Below, in pieces: positions 1 to 14,629 of a stretch of 64,000 nucleotides of DNA. The stretch lies in assembly GCF_009914755.1 (NCBI RefSeq), contig NC_060930.1, one strand, 5' to 3'. A program made the translations under genes and the position numbers. The first letter of the stretch is position 1, and every line of letters starts with the position of its first letter. This DNA is from the human T2T-CHM13v2.0 reference genome, Homo sapiens. The notes beneath the pieces are model-generated. The model worked only from the letters and a program-made list of their open reading frames with translations. It did not search any database and was not told the DNA's origin.

Positions 1-677
1 ACCTCTATTCCCAGGTGTAGCTACCTAGAGACTCAGTGCCCTCGAGCAGTGAATTGGCCTATAAAAGGTTACTTTTAGAATCACAAACATTTTACAAACT
101 TAAAATATCACATATGATTTTCAAATAGATACCAAGGCACTTCCAAGACATAGGGCAACTGTCTAGAAGTAGAACTGAGGGAATAGTGGTAGGGGTAAAA
201 ATATGAAAGTCATAAAATATTGATGCCATTATTATGAAAGTGATAAAATAGAAATATATAATGTTTATGTTTTAACCAAATATAAAACTAGAGACATTAA
301 AATAGCATACCATGCACCAAAATAAACAGGGAAAACAATAAGAAACTACAAATTTGACTGCAAAAATGACTTAAGTTTTTATGGCCGTAAAGGATGCCAG
401 CACAGGATAATGTACTGGAACAAAATAAATACTCTGCTCTTTCTGGAATTAGGTCCCTGTTTGGTCAATGTGGCTTTTTCCAGTGTGTGAATTTGTGGAA
501 TATTGTTCCTATGAAATGCTCCATTAAAAAAAATATTCTATGCCCAAATAAGTTTGAGAAATGTTGCAAAACATATTTCTCCTTTGGTATTTGATAATGC
601 ACACAAGCACATTAAGAGCTCTGAGAAGTCCTACAGTAAAAAAATGTTTATCTTATTTTACAACCAGAGTTAACTAT

Positions 678-1710
<1,033 letters not shown>

Positions 1711-2768
1711 TACTATACATGTTTGAGCTCCCCCAGCCCCCAACCCCCAAACACATGCCTTTTTGCAAACACCAATTAAAACTGTGCACATTTTGAGAAA
1801 CAATGATTTATAGTATTCTATTTAAGGTTTTATAAGATGGTTTCAAATATTTTTAAGATTCTAATTATCTTAAGAATGAGAATTAAGAAAATTTGACTGA
1901 AAAAGAGACAAAATAACAAGTTTCTTTAGGCATGCAAGCAACATTTCTCATTTGCACTTCCTCATCAGCACCTCAGAGAACGCACAAAAAATGATTCATC
2001 AATTCTCTCAAGGATGCTCCATAACCAGTACTGTTTTGTACATATAAGATATAACTTAATTTATTAGATACAAGAGATGTTTTAAGGCAAGCAGGCTTAA
2101 CTCTATTGTGAAACTCCAGTTGAGAAGACTGGCTGATCATCAGCTCCTCTACGAACAGAGCAGTCTATAAGCTGATAACAATTCTTCTGAACTTTGGACT
2201 CATACGTGCAATTGCTGACTTGACATTTCTACTTGGATGTCTAATAAAAATCCCAGCTTGATATGTCCAGTACTAAATTTGATCTTTCTCCATAAACCTG
2301 CTCCTCAAACTATCTCCTCTATTTCACTTGACGGCAACTCAATTCTTCCAGTTGTCAGGTACAAAAACCTTGGAGTCATCCTTGACCTCTCTTTTTTACC
2401 TATAGTAAAGAAATCTTGCTGGGTCTATCTTCTAAACATGTCTAGAACTGGCCACTCCTCATCTCCTCTGCTATCACTCAGGAGTGGGAAATCATAATCT
2501 CCTACTTGTTATTCCAATAGTCGTTTACTAGTCTCCCTGCTTTTACCATTGGTCCCTCTCTTGTCCTGCCATCTTTAGAAGGGCAGTCAAACTGTTCTTT
2601 TAATAGTTCTCTCTCTGACCTCATCCAGGCACACTCTCTTCCTTGCTGTTCATATATGCTAGGCACCTTTCACCTTAGGGTCACTGCTCCCTCTGTGATA
2701 TTCCCCCACATGGCTGCATTCCTCACGTTCTTCAAGACTTTGCCTAAACGTCAGCTTCTCAATGAGGC

Positions 2769-3185
2769 TGTATTGGTCCGTTCTCAGGCTGCTAATAAAG
2801 ACATACCTGAGACTGGATAATTTATAAAGGAAAGAGGTTTATTTATAAAGGTAATTTATAAAGGAAAGAGGTAATTTATAAAGGAAAGACTCACAGTTCA
2901 GCATGGCTGGGGAGACCTCAGGAAACTTACAATCAGGCAGAAGGGGAAGCAAACATGTCCTTCTTTACATGGTGGCAGCAAGAGGTGCTGAGCAAAAGGG
3001 AGAAAAGCCCCTTATAAAACCATCAGATCTGTGAGAAATCACTCACTATCACAAGAATAGCAGCATGGGGGCAGCTGCCCCCATGATTCAATTACCTCCC
3101 ACCGGGTCTCTCCCATGACACATGGGGAGTATGAGAACTACAATTCAAGATGAGATTTGGGTGGGGACACAGCCAAATCACATCA
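2769..3185 (-). mobile_element. THE1 (THE1C-like) MaLR solo LTR
   Basis: TGTATT...CATCA termini, THE1 consensus text, perfect 5-bp TSD GAGGC at 2764-2768 and 3186-3190. Confidence 0.93.
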
Positions 3186-3253
3186 GAGGCTATCTTGACC
3201 ACCCTATTTAAAACTGCAACCTCTACAAAAAAGTTTAAAAAAAAATTTCAAAA

Positions 3254-3388
3254 GGCCGGGGAAAATGAGTCACACCTGTAATCCTAGCACTTTGAGAGGT
3301 TGAGGAGCAGGGTTGCTTGAGACCAGGCGTTTGACACTAGCCTGGGCAACATAGCCAAGACCTCGTCTCTATAAAAAATTTTTAAAAA
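3254..3388 (+). mobile_element. FLAM (free left Alu monomer)
   Basis: Single Alu left arm ending in an A-rich tail. Confidence 0.8.
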
Positions 3389-4249
3389 TCCTGCAACCCC
3401 ATTCTCCAATCCTTGGTCCTCCTGACCCCACTTATCCTGCTGCCTTCCTCCCATTGTACTGTTTTCTAATATACTCATTAATTTTCCTGTTGTATTTATT
3501 GCTATTTTCTGATTATCTTCTCCCCTCCCCTCTAAAATATAAGTACCATGAAGGCAGGAATCTTTGTATCTCAAGTGCCCAGAGAGTTCCTGTTACATAG
3601 AAATAGTCAATGAATATTTGAACAAATTAAACAAGTGGAGTTTGAAACTAGCAGCAGGTGAGACTAGGGTTTGATGCATGGAAAATTAAAATCTCAATAG
3701 GTTGGCTGTCAGGTTCATTTACAGGTAAATGAGCAAAGTCACAAAATCCTCTCTTAGGAAATCATGAGCCTAGAGCACATTCCTACATAGTCTAGAATAG
3801 TTAGGGGAAGCCAGCCTGGAGGAAGAGTAATGAAGCAGACATTTGGTAGATTCAGAGAGCTCTATTGTTCTATAAATAATTTAGAAGAAAAGAGAAAAAT
3901 TTGAGGGCTATGCTTTTTATTTCAAAATAAATATGAGAGTAATATACTCACTAAAATTTGATTAACTCTCCTCAAATGAAAACTGAAGTCATAATTCCCT
4001 TCTGACAAAATGGTGTTGCAAATAATTTAAATTTTGAACATTATCTTCTAGGCTTTCAGGCGATAACTTCAAAAATTTTAACCAAAAACAGAATAGTTGA
4101 GGCATGGCCAACTCTCTTGTTTTGTAATCAGAACTGGTGGTTAGTTAACTGCGAAAGTGGCTAAAGTGGGAAATTGACAATTAATACTTTGTACATTTGT
4201 ACATTTCACGTTAACTTAAAACATGTACATTTCACGTTAACTTAAAAGA

Positions 4250-5459
4250 TGTAGGGGCCAAGGGAAACCTCCCCTTTTCCCTCTGAAGGCTTGCTGAACT
4301 CACAAAAGACAGATTAACTGTGAAACTGCCTTTGTAGTTTTAAAAATTATAACAGTGACAGAAATCTAACCTAAGGGACTCCATCTGGCTTCTAACCTCA
4401 CAAGCTATCTGCCTTGGTTAGCTTTAACACAAAGATGGTAACAGTTCCTTCCTGAAATTAACTCCCTCCTTGCTTGGAGACTGAACCGCCTTTGTAAGAC
4501 TGATGAAAGGCCACAAGGTTAGGATTATGTGGGAACCCTGAATTCTACTAAGATGTAGGCATAATTAGATGATGATGGCCATCTTCGGGAGGTCACAAGA
4601 TTTGTAACTTCCCCAGTCGCTCCTATAGATAACATCATTATTGTCAAATAGTGTCTAAGATTGGTCTTTGAGATATTTTTCAGACTTTTGCATTCTGATG
4701 ACAGCCCAAATGCACAGCAAGGAACTAAGTCATACCAAGGAATGAAGTCAACTGGTCCTGTGACTACTCCCCCTCCCCTGAAACTGACTCAGCACACAAA
4801 GACAGTTTAAACACTCTTCTGATTTCATCCCCAACCATCAACTGCACCCATTCCCTAGCCTCTCTCTGCCAAATTATCCTTACAAATCCTAGGCTCCGAG
4901 CTTTTGGGAGGCAGATTTGAGAAATGTCTCCTGTCCTGCATGGCTGGCTTAGCAATAATTAAATGTTTTCTCTACCACAACACCACTGTCTTAGTGTGAT
5001 TGGATTTTCTGTGCAGCAGGCAAGAGGAACCCATTGGGCAGTTACAATTAAAGAAAAGGCATACAAATTTATTAATGTGTACATAGGGAGAACCACAGAG
5101 TGATTCCCTACCCTCCAACAGGGTTCGGAAGCGTGTATACCATCCTGGCAAAATAGGTTATGGCCATGGAGAGAAGAGGAATTCTGTGGAAGGAATTACT
5201 AGGGAGAATGAATGCATCAGGGAACAGAGATTAGCTTGTACATTTTCCTGTGAAAAGCTTTGTTCAGGTGTGGTTACATTCTTGGTCTTACAGGGAAGGG
5301 AAAAATAACAATTGTTCCTTTTCATAGGTCTGGATCTGAGGCAGATAAGGGCTTTGGGAGAGACAGTGGTGGGATAGAAGGTCAGAATGACCTTGAGGCT
5401 TCTTCAGTTCAGCATGTCAAAATGCCACACTTTGAGGTATCAGTTTCTAGGTCCCAACA
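4250..5459 (-). mobile_element. ERV1 LTR (MER31-like), host of a nested LTR8
   Basis: TG...CA ends; the minus strand starts TGTTGGGACCTAGAAACTGATACCTCAAAGTGTGGCATTTTGACATGCTGAACTGAAGAAGCCTCAAGGTC, resembling MER31. Confidence 0.65.
4321..5046 (+). mobile_element. LTR8-family (LTR8A/B-like) ERV1 solo LTR nested in the MER31-like LTR
   Basis: Begins TGAAACTGCCTTTG, ends GGGCAGTTACA; LTR8-like internal text. Confidence 0.75.
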
Positions 5460-6145
5460 TGCATTATGAAATCATCTTTTAAAGGAAAATCAAGGCCTTT
5501 TCTTTGAATGTAGGACTGGTGATTGGTACTCTTTTATTTTCTTCCTTACTAAGTCACAACCTATATTTTACCATCTACAAATTCCAGTTTCATATCTTCA
5601 AAATAATACTATAGACATCTCTGACGAATTTTTAGGGTTGATGCATTTTTTAAATCTAAAACTTCTGTACTGGTAATTCATATTTACATATATTTTTAAA
5701 AAGCTCTAAGTATGTTTTAAAGTATTTTTTTGGGTAATTTTACACTATAAGATTTACTTTTATAGTATAAAACACACACTTTATTTTTAAACTTTCCAGA
5801 ATTATTTTTTCTTTAATATTTGAGTTGTCTTGTCCACTTTGATAGAATTTTTTTGTAACTTGCCTTTATTGAGTCTTTCCAAAGAATTTACTTGATTTTC
5901 ATAGAAACTACCCTTTCATTTTGTACTTATATTTCTAAAACCTGTTAAACATTTAACTAAAATATACAGCTATCCCGAGAATACTATTGGCACAAATAGT
6001 TTGGGACCAAATTCTACCAGCTCTTGATAAGTACACAACATGCCTGGTAGAAACATGAATACATGGTAATCAAAAGGGTATCATACTGGCCATGCACACT
6101 CCATATGCCTTGAACCATGCTCACGGCCTTTTCTTGAGGGCATAG

Positions 6146-7318
6146 TGAACACTGCCGTTTGTTTTTTCCAAACAACACCCAATTCTACAGTTTTCTAACA
6201 CAAACTAGGTTTCCAACAATTTAATTCAATTTTGATACTAACTACGTAGAATTCGTGCAGATCCCACACGTTAAGGGCTCAGTTCCACAAGGATGTCCCA
6301 CTTCAGATGCAGTTTCAAGTCCTGGGTCCTCTGGCTACCTAGATTTCTGTCTGACTTGGTTACAAATTTAGAGGTTCCAATAACCAGCCTATTAGGTATA
6401 ATTATTTGCTAGAATGACTCATGGAACTCAGGAAAACACTACACTGTACTTACAATAACCAGCCTATTATTAAGGATGCAACTCAGGAGACACCAAATGG
6501 AAGAGAGGCATAGGGGAAGATATAGGGAGTTAGGGAGCACAGAGCTTCCATTCCCTCTCCAGTTACTCTGCCCTCCCAATGTATCAACATGTCCACCATT
6601 CTGGAAGGACTCTTAGTCTTGAAGTCTCAAAGTTTTTAATTGAAGTTACATTTCATAGGCATGATTGATGAGATCATTGGTCATTGATGATTTAACTCAA
6701 TCACCAGCCCTTCCCCGCTCCCTGGACATCAACTGGTGGGGCTGAAAGGGTTAACTCTCTAGTTTGGTAGTCCTCAACCTTTTTGGCAGCAGGGACCTCT
6801 TTTGTGAAAAGGACCAATTTTTTTATGGACTCGGGGTAGTGGTTGGGGATGGTTTTGGGATGAAACTGTTCTACTTCAGATCATCAGGCATTAGATTCTC
6901 ATACAGAACAGGCAACTTAGATCCCTCACACGTGCAGTTCACAATAGTGTTCATGCTTCTATAAGAATCTAATGCTGCCACTGATCTGACAGGAGGTGGA
7001 GCTCAGGAGGTAATGTTCACTTTCCCACCCCAAACCCCCAACCCTACGATTCACCTCCTGCTGTGTGGCCTGGTTTGTAACAGGCTATGGACCAGTACCA
7101 GGGGGTTGGGGACCCCTGCTCTAATTCCTGCATTTATTTCTGGGTTCTCTATTTCTATTCCATTTTTCTAGACCTTCCTGCTCCCTCTTCACTCTTGAGT
7201 CATCTAATTAACAGACGAAAAGACACCCTTATCACTCAGGAAATTTGAACAGTTTTTAGGAGCTTTATTGGGGGTGGAGGAAGGACAAAGACCAAATGTA
7301 TTTTTTATTGTACTACAC
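6146..7318. mobile_element. MER21-like LTR interrupted by MER1B
   Basis: MER21-like motifs (aattcaattttgatactaactac, ttaagggctcagttccacaag, ggaactcaggaaaacact). Confidence 0.65.
6765..7118 (-). mobile_element. MER1B-like hAT-Charlie DNA transposon
   Basis: Terminal inverted repeats ending GTTGGGGACCCCTG; 8-bp TSD CTCTAGTT/CTCTAATT; MER1 internal text. Confidence 0.85.
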
Positions 7319-7609
7319 AAATTGTTATGGTATTGCAGTGAACACATTTATTTATTTGCTTCCCCTCTAGACTGTAAACTCCTTGAGGGCAGTTTTTGTA
7401 TCTCTTTTTCTTTTTTCCTCCTGATGCACAAAACAGATAGATACTCACATTTTTAAAATAAGTGAGAAACTGTCTGAATGAAGCTAGCAAATTGCATCTT
7501 ATTCATCTATAACATTGCTCAGTAATAAAAATATGGTATAACTAGACATTTCAGCAGAAATAAAACTATCATAAATTATAATCATTCACATGAAAAAATT
7601 CTTATTAAC

Positions 7610-7800
7610 TCAGTTTTGGGATGCAGAAACCAGATATCTGGCCCCAGATTGGCCACTTACTTGCTACATATGATTGAGCAAGTCACATAACACTCTAAGC
7701 CTGAATGTTCTCAACTGTAAACATGCAAGAAAAATAATACTCTCTTTTAGCTCACAGCAATACTGTGAGGGTTGAATAAGAAAATGTTCTAAAGTGGTCA
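7610..7800 (+). mobile_element. MIR SINE
   Basis: Core-like gccacttac...gcaagtcacataacactctaagcct...ctgtaaa. Confidence 0.65.
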
Positions 7801-8844
7801 TACCTTTAAAACATTAGTCGAATAAGAGAAATTAAAATGTTACTAAACATACAGTATTTATAAACATAGAATGGCTTCTGAACAACAAAATGAAAGGAAC
7901 AGAGAAAAACATTTTCTATAAGTTTTATTTAATCCTGAAAGAGGCCAAAAAGCCTGGAGTTGCATACATAGATTAACCTGACCTTCTAACTCATCAAGTT
8001 TGAGAAGGTTGTGGCAGGGAACAGAAGGGACATTGTGGAGTACATTAAAAATTGCCCCATCTTCAGTCTACTTGAGTCTGATGCTGCAATCAATGAGAAA
8101 TTTTCATGTATTAAGGCTAGAGGATACAGTATATCACATTCAACTGTTTCCAATAAGGTTATTTATTGCTATTCAATTCACATTTCCCTTAGGTTTTGGC
8201 AAGATTATAGAATTTATTCCTCCTACATGGTAGCCAGCCAAGTAAATCACATTGCATACTTCCATTGTCACACATTTTTCTTACCCAGCATCAGTGGCTT
8301 TATTTCTTTGTCCCTCAGAGTATCTTAAAATTTAGCTGTATAAGCTGCCCTTTTGTAATTCTGCAATTTAGTATTATTGCTTCCTTCCAAATATTTTCTT
8401 AATAAAAAATGTTGAAAAGAAAAGGAGCGCAAGTCAGGTGGTTTTCAACAATAAAACCAGAGACGAGGTGATATATATTATGGACAAAACATTTTTCATT
8501 GTAGAGAAAAAGTACCAGTTGATATTGAAACAAAAAACAATACTATCTCTGCTACAGGGTCTCACAGCACTTCATTATAAATAGAGAAGCATAAAGAGCA
8601 GCATTAAAGCAGCCTAGTGGATTCCCCTAAAGACAGTCATGGTGAAGAAGGCTCATCCCTACTGTTTCATGCCAAGCATTCTCAGCGAGAAGTCCAAACT
8701 CAGATTATCCTGCTCTATAACTCAGGCTCTCTCTCTCACTCTCTCTCCTTTAACTGACTTTGGTTGGACAAAAGACTCCCCTGCCTCCACCACCCATTTG
8801 TCTTTTACACCTTTCCAATGAAAAAAAATCTTGGTGATACATAA

Positions 8845-9008
8845 TACCTTACTAACTATATTATACTGTTGCTGTATTATATTGTACTATCTATAGTACT
8901 ATTATACTATTAACATACCTTACTACTATGTAATACAATTATACCATTCTATACCATATGTCTTATACTGTGCTGTACTATACTACTCTATATCATACTA
9001 TGCTGTGT
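8845..9008. repeat. Degenerate (TACTA)n-type low-complexity repeat
   Basis: Repeated tacta/tatta/tgctg units. Confidence 0.7.
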
Positions 9009-9457
9009 AATTCTGAGGGAAGTTTGTGCATATATCTACTCTAGTGATGGAAGTATGAGGGATCCCTCTTTGAACCACAATACATCCCATGTCTTACTAC
9101 AGTATAGTTACTCTAAGTTAGGCCAAAAATATCACTCACAAAAGTAGGGATCACTAAATACTTCACGGTTAACCAAATAATTCATAATAACCTAAGTAGA
9201 TAATGATGAATTAAAACTAGAAATAGTAGCAATTAAAAACCCTAGCCAACTGAAAACTTAATCATTGAGACACTGATAATGCTTCTTCTAAAAACTGGGG
9301 ACACCCCAATGTTTTGTGTGGATGTGCGGGGGCTTCTGAGTGTTGGTGGCCCATTCTTAGGCACATTCTCAATAAATTCTGATAATCATCAATTTTAGTT
9401 TATGAGGGCCTAATTTTTAAAAACACATCATAATTCACTATTTGTAATTCACCTCTA

Positions 9458-9670
9458 ACATGCTTTCAACATAGGCACTGTCCACATTTGGGGTTGAAGA
9501 ACTCTTCATTGTGGGCACTGGTCATTCACCCAGACAATTATTGTCCCTTGACCCTGAGTACTAAATGCCAATGGTATCATTTAATCTTCATGACCACCAA
9601 TAAGATCAAGGCCAAATGCTTCCTAGCTGGGGGAGAATAGTACAAAGAATCATATTGCTTATGAGAACTG
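9458..9670. mobile_element. MER3/MER20-like hAT element
   Basis: Degenerate ...tcaacataggcactgt...gagaactg ends. Confidence 0.4.
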
Positions 9671-11999
9671 AAGAGAGGATCATTGCAGGGGCGAGTGTGC
9701 AACCCACCAGGAGACCCCATCCTTTCAAATTGCCGTGTTGACTCTGAATCTGACTGGTCCATAGACTAATAAAAGCTATAGATACGTTTGTTGGTATTGC
9801 ATTGTAGGAAAGAAACATTCTTGTCTCCTTTACTTACTCAGTGACCCTGGATGAGTCTTTTGATGTCTCTAAGCTTTAGCTCTCTCAATTTTGAGAAGGC
9901 GATGATAATGCCTGCTTTAACTAGTCTTTATACAATTTTATGCAAGGTGTTTTGTTCATTGTAAATCATGATGCAGCTATTTTAAAGTTTAGGGTTTGTC
10001 TTGGGTTATGTGTTTATTCCCAAATATAGTGCTTATAGGGCTATACTATAAGCTCACTAAATACTCCTGGACAATGAATACAATGAATGTAGCCAAAGCC
10101 AAACAAGAAGGATAGGAATTAAATCCACAAGGGATCATAACAATTGCTGGCATGTAAAGAACAGATTTTAGTTTAGTTAAATTGGAATTATGAGGTGTGG
10201 GGGCTGTGGAATCTGGGCTGTACAGGTTTTCAGAATCACTTCATCATTGCCAAACTAAAATGGGTATAATGTTCTTTTTTACATTCTGCATTGCCAGTGA
10301 GACTGTACATTCTCTACAGTCAATTCAATTCAATTAAGCAAAGTTTCATTAAGTATATGCTAAATTTTGGCACTGTTTTTGTTTTGGAAATTACTAATTA
10401 TATATTTTAAATTTTTAAAAAATGTGCATTTTGAATTCCTTTTTTATTACTGAAAAAAAAACTTGTGTATTTTTTATACCTTCTTTTTTTAACAATGTTC
10501 CTGTGCATAATTTTCAAGATTATTTTCCTCTGACCCAATTTTCTCTTTTTTTTAAAGTTTCTTCTTCCTACATTTTTGCTTCCTGTATTCTTTCAGCTTT
10601 TCTATTGAGTATTGCTTATCTTCTCACCAACTCATTAAGCAGTGTTAGAATAAATGATTTGGTATTCAAATTCTGGATGCTTATTTTAATAAAAAGAAAG
10701 CCATTAAGCAGAAGATGAAAATTACTTGTAACTGTTCCAATTTTTATTTTGCTATCCCTTATAGTAGAAACTGGCATGCAATTATTAATTTAAGTTGGTT
10801 AGAAATAAATAGCCCATATCAGTTAAAGAATACAACCTCAAATATCTTGGGTGAATGACTGGAAGTCAGAAGGGGGAAAAAAGAAATGGGAGAAGGAGGA
10901 GAGGGAAGAAAGGGAGTGAAAATACAAACACACACATATGAATGCTTGTGTATGTTGCTGCACAGTAGCATAAACTTCAAGTTTGTTCTCCTTTCAGGGT
11001 AATATAGAAAGAGAAAATTCTCAGGCAATAGCATAAGGTGAACTTTCAATGTATCTTGGGCTTTTTAAAAAAATCTATTAAAATTATTACTCAAATAGAA
11101 TTTTGACACCATACCAGGTTGTTCATAGCCTTTGATTTTTCTGTCAAAGGCCAAAGTAACAAAATTGATATGTCATCCAAGGCAAAAAATGTAAATACTC
11201 TATTGTAAATCAACCAGATGAAATAAAATGGAAATGTTGCAAAAACACTTAGACAAAATATTCATTATTAGTAGTAATTACAAACTGAAATTAGGAAATA
11301 AAAATTCCATATGAGCAGTAGTGATTTTGTAGCTCCATTCATCTGTGTGCCCCTCTAGGTATATTCTACATTTTCATTACATAATTTGAAAGCAAAAGCC
11401 TCTTGTAGACTTGCACCTCAATTATATGAACAAAAAATGCATTAAAAAATCTGTGATCACAATTCATGTCTTAAGGGATTTTAGCTTATTTTAGCTATTG
11501 TAGCAGCTGCTCTGGTTTCTGAAAAAAATGGACAAGAAAACTGTTAGCAATTCTCCAGCTTAAGCAGCGGCAATGTGAACATCAACTAATATGAACTGGA
11601 TTAACAGGGGCTGCATTAAATGGCTTACTATGAACGCGAAACTGATATTTTGTTACAATTCCAAGAGACAAATGGACCATAACAGCATTATAGTCCATAA
11701 GAGCATGTACTATACCCAGTTAACGTCTGGGACACTTCTGTGTCATTCACATCTAGGTTTAGAAGGTACCAAGGACAAGGCGCTCTGTTCCCTCAGACCA
11801 ACTGCATTTAGATATAGCTCGCTCAGCATTTGCAATGAGCAGTGATTGGCCTTTGCCCAATTCAGGGACAACTGCTACTTGCCAGACATCTTGGTCATAG
11901 TTATAAAATTTCTACGTAAATTGAGACAAGATTTACATACCATTCCACACTTTCCTCCCTCTTTTATCCTATGTCTAAATTCCATATTCTCCAAGTCAG

Positions 12000-12535
12000 C
12001 CTTCAAATATTGAAGACAGTTTTCAGTCCCGCACTATATCTTACCTCCTCCAGGCCAAAGGTTCCCATTCCTTCAGGTTACTCCTCAACCCTTTTATAAT
12101 CCTAGGTGTCGTACTCTGAACACATTTTGTCTCTGCTTTAGTAAAGTGCAGCTTTCAAAACATAATGTACTATTTTAGGCATGGCTGCAGATGTGACCAA
12201 CCTAGAGTAAGACAGGTTGTCATGCTGGACACATTCTTATTACAAATATAATCTAATATCATATGAGCTTTTAGGCAATTACATCACATCTCTAACTCAT
12301 ACTGAGTTAATTATTAAATGAATGCCCAGAATCTTTCATATATGTTTTTCTTTCTAAGTTCCTCCCAATTTACTTTTTAAATTTTTAATTGGAGAATGGG
12401 ACTTTACATTTATTTCCACTTCATCTTATTTCCTCGGATTTAGCCCAGTTTTGTAGACAATACAGATCTTTCTCAGTCTTGATCCTAACTTCCATTGTGT
12501 GAGTTATTCCTCAGTTTCATGACATCTGTAAGTTT
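12000..12535 (-). mobile_element. L3/CR1 fragment
   Basis: ttcaaatattgaagacag...ctccaggc motif typical of L3. Confidence 0.5.
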
Positions 12536-13587
12536 TATTTCCAGAGAGCCACTGGTTCCTATGACTCATTCTAAAAGCCATTTCAAAATAATAAAATTAA
12601 AGATGAAATTATACAAACATTTTATATGATGGCTATATAAATGATTTTTCTTTTTAGTAACTTTAGGAATTTTTTATGAGACTCATGAATATATTTCCTA
12701 AAATTATGCCATATTCTATTAATATAAAGACTCCATTTACTAAGACAAGCATTTAACTTTATAAATATCAGGGAAAAATGTATTAAAACCAGCTTTCATT
12801 AATATATTCCTGAATTACACAGAAGGACCAGAAAATTGTTTCCACTTATGATACTATAGTGGAACAGAAAATACTTGGCATAACAGACTAAGCAAGAAGA
12901 ATCAAATAGAATTCAAAATAGACTCTGAATACTCAGAAGCTTTGGAATTATTGAAAGATCATGTAAGGTAATTGCTAATGCCTAAAACATAATGAATGGG
13001 AAAAATATCCTCAAGTAACATAACATGTGCACATGTTATGTGCCCCACATTGTTCTGCAACAGCGTGGGAAATATGATAGAAAGACATATTGTCACACTT
13101 TGGAATGATTTTGTGAGAACTGGCAACCAGAGTCCAATATTTCAAGCATGGCTGTGGGTGTGGTCTATAACGGCCTCTCCTGGATCCCCGATTAAAGGGG
13201 TTTGTGTTAATGGAGTCCCTGCTTGCTAACAGATAATGCTGTTCACTTATAACCAGGCTCCTTAGTAGACACTGACTGGGAGTTAATAGGATCATTATCA
13301 CCACAGGGAGTCTCCTCTCTAGGATACACAGAGCTTTCTTCAACAAGGGCAGGCTGGCCTTCTGCAAAGTTGTAGTCATAGTGATGATGGATATTCCAAA
13401 TTCCTAATATATTTTCTCTACAGAGAGCTTCTACCATTCAGTTGGGAGATGTATGGATACATGGTGATGTTGATGTTTCATTGCTCTTTTCTCACTTGCT
13501 GCCCCAGAGTAATGAGCACTCCTCCAATTTATCATTCCTCCTTTTGAACCCTAACACCATGATGCCAACATTCATATTCTATAGATC
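12520..13587 (-). other. Candidate terminal exon of a minus-strand (probably non-coding) transcript
   Basis: Acceptor ctgatgttttgttttctccaccag|GATC before 13587; unique moderate-GC block then an AT-rich tail; AATAAA at 12534-12539 (minus). Confidence 0.3.
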
Positions 13588-13889
13588 CTGGTGGAGAAAA
13601 CAAAACATCAGTTGCAGTTTACTATTCCCTACTAAAAAAAGCATTAATTAGACCATAAATGCTTTTATATATTTAGATAATTCCCAGTATTATTTAGCAT
13701 TTTAATAGTCCTCTTTTTAACTTAGACATATTTACTTTTGCAATTCTATCAAAGAAAGCTCTCTCCATTTTATCTCTTGAAAACATTTAAAGCAGTTAAC
13801 TCTAAATATATTGCCTGTGTTTACAACACTCTTAACTTGCCTGTTTCAGTAGGTTAGTAAGAGCCTTCACTCTAGTTAGTAAGTTCTTT

Positions 13890-14629
13890 TGAAATGGGAT
13901 AGCTCCCTTGACCCCTTCAAGGGACTCGAGAAAGGGGTGGTTTGTGTACTCAGCCTGCAACCCTCAACCCCTCATGGGAGGGGGAGAATGCAGGTGAGTG
14001 GATGCAGGGGCTAGGTCGAGTGCTTCTGGGTGCTGACAGGACTTTTAGCTTTGCTGTCTGCAAATGGCTTAAGTGTTTAACAGCTCAATGTGACAGCCTT
14101 CTGTATCCTGAGCTCTCGTTCAGCATACAGGAAGAATCAGGTCACACGAATGAATTGAAGATGGTAAATGCAGAGGATTTTATTGCCGATGAAAGTGGCT
14201 CTCAGCGGGATGGAGAGCTAGAAAGGGGATGGATTGGGAATGTGGCCTTCCCCTGGAGTTCGGCCATCCCTGGTTGAACTCTTCTTCGAAGTCCTGCCGT
14301 CAAGCCATCCTTCTGAAGTCAAGCTGTTTCTTCTTTCTGACATCCGGCTGCTTCTCTTCTCCTCTCCTCTCCTTTCCTCTCCTCTCCTCTTCTCTCCTTC
14401 TTTGCTGCTCTGCTGCCAGTAGAGCCTGGGGTTTTTATGGGTACAGGATGGCGGCGGGGGTGGGGGGGTGGGCAGGGCAGGCAAAGCTAGTTTTGGAAAG
14501 GGCAACATTGGGCAGGAAAACAGGAATGCATGTTCTCACTCTGGGCTGTGGGTCCAGACTTGAGGGTGGGCTTCACCAGGGACTCTGCCTTTCTCGGTCT
14601 AGTATTTCCCTTCCTCCTGTCTGTTATCA
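13890..14629 (-). mobile_element. ERV1 solo LTR of the LTR1/LTR27/LTR28/MER52 group
   Basis: TG...CA termini, 4-bp TSD CTTT, GC-rich family motifs (ggccgaactccagggg), internal (CTCCT)n tract. Confidence 0.8.

Larger units (their letters stand above)
2185..3630 (+). mobile_element. L2 LINE 3' fragment interrupted by a THE1 LTR and a FLAM
   Basis: L2-like text (acttggatgtctaat..., aaaccttggagtcatccttgac) and an L2-type 3' end near 3600-3630. Confidence 0.7.

Noticed and set aside
13540-13575. IMVLGFK resembling the SLC12 'TLVLGFK' motif
   Set aside because: Only a 5-residue match with no flanking similarity
14450-14485. G-quadruplex-like G runs
   Set aside because: Part of the ERV1 LTR sequence; no locus-specific evidence
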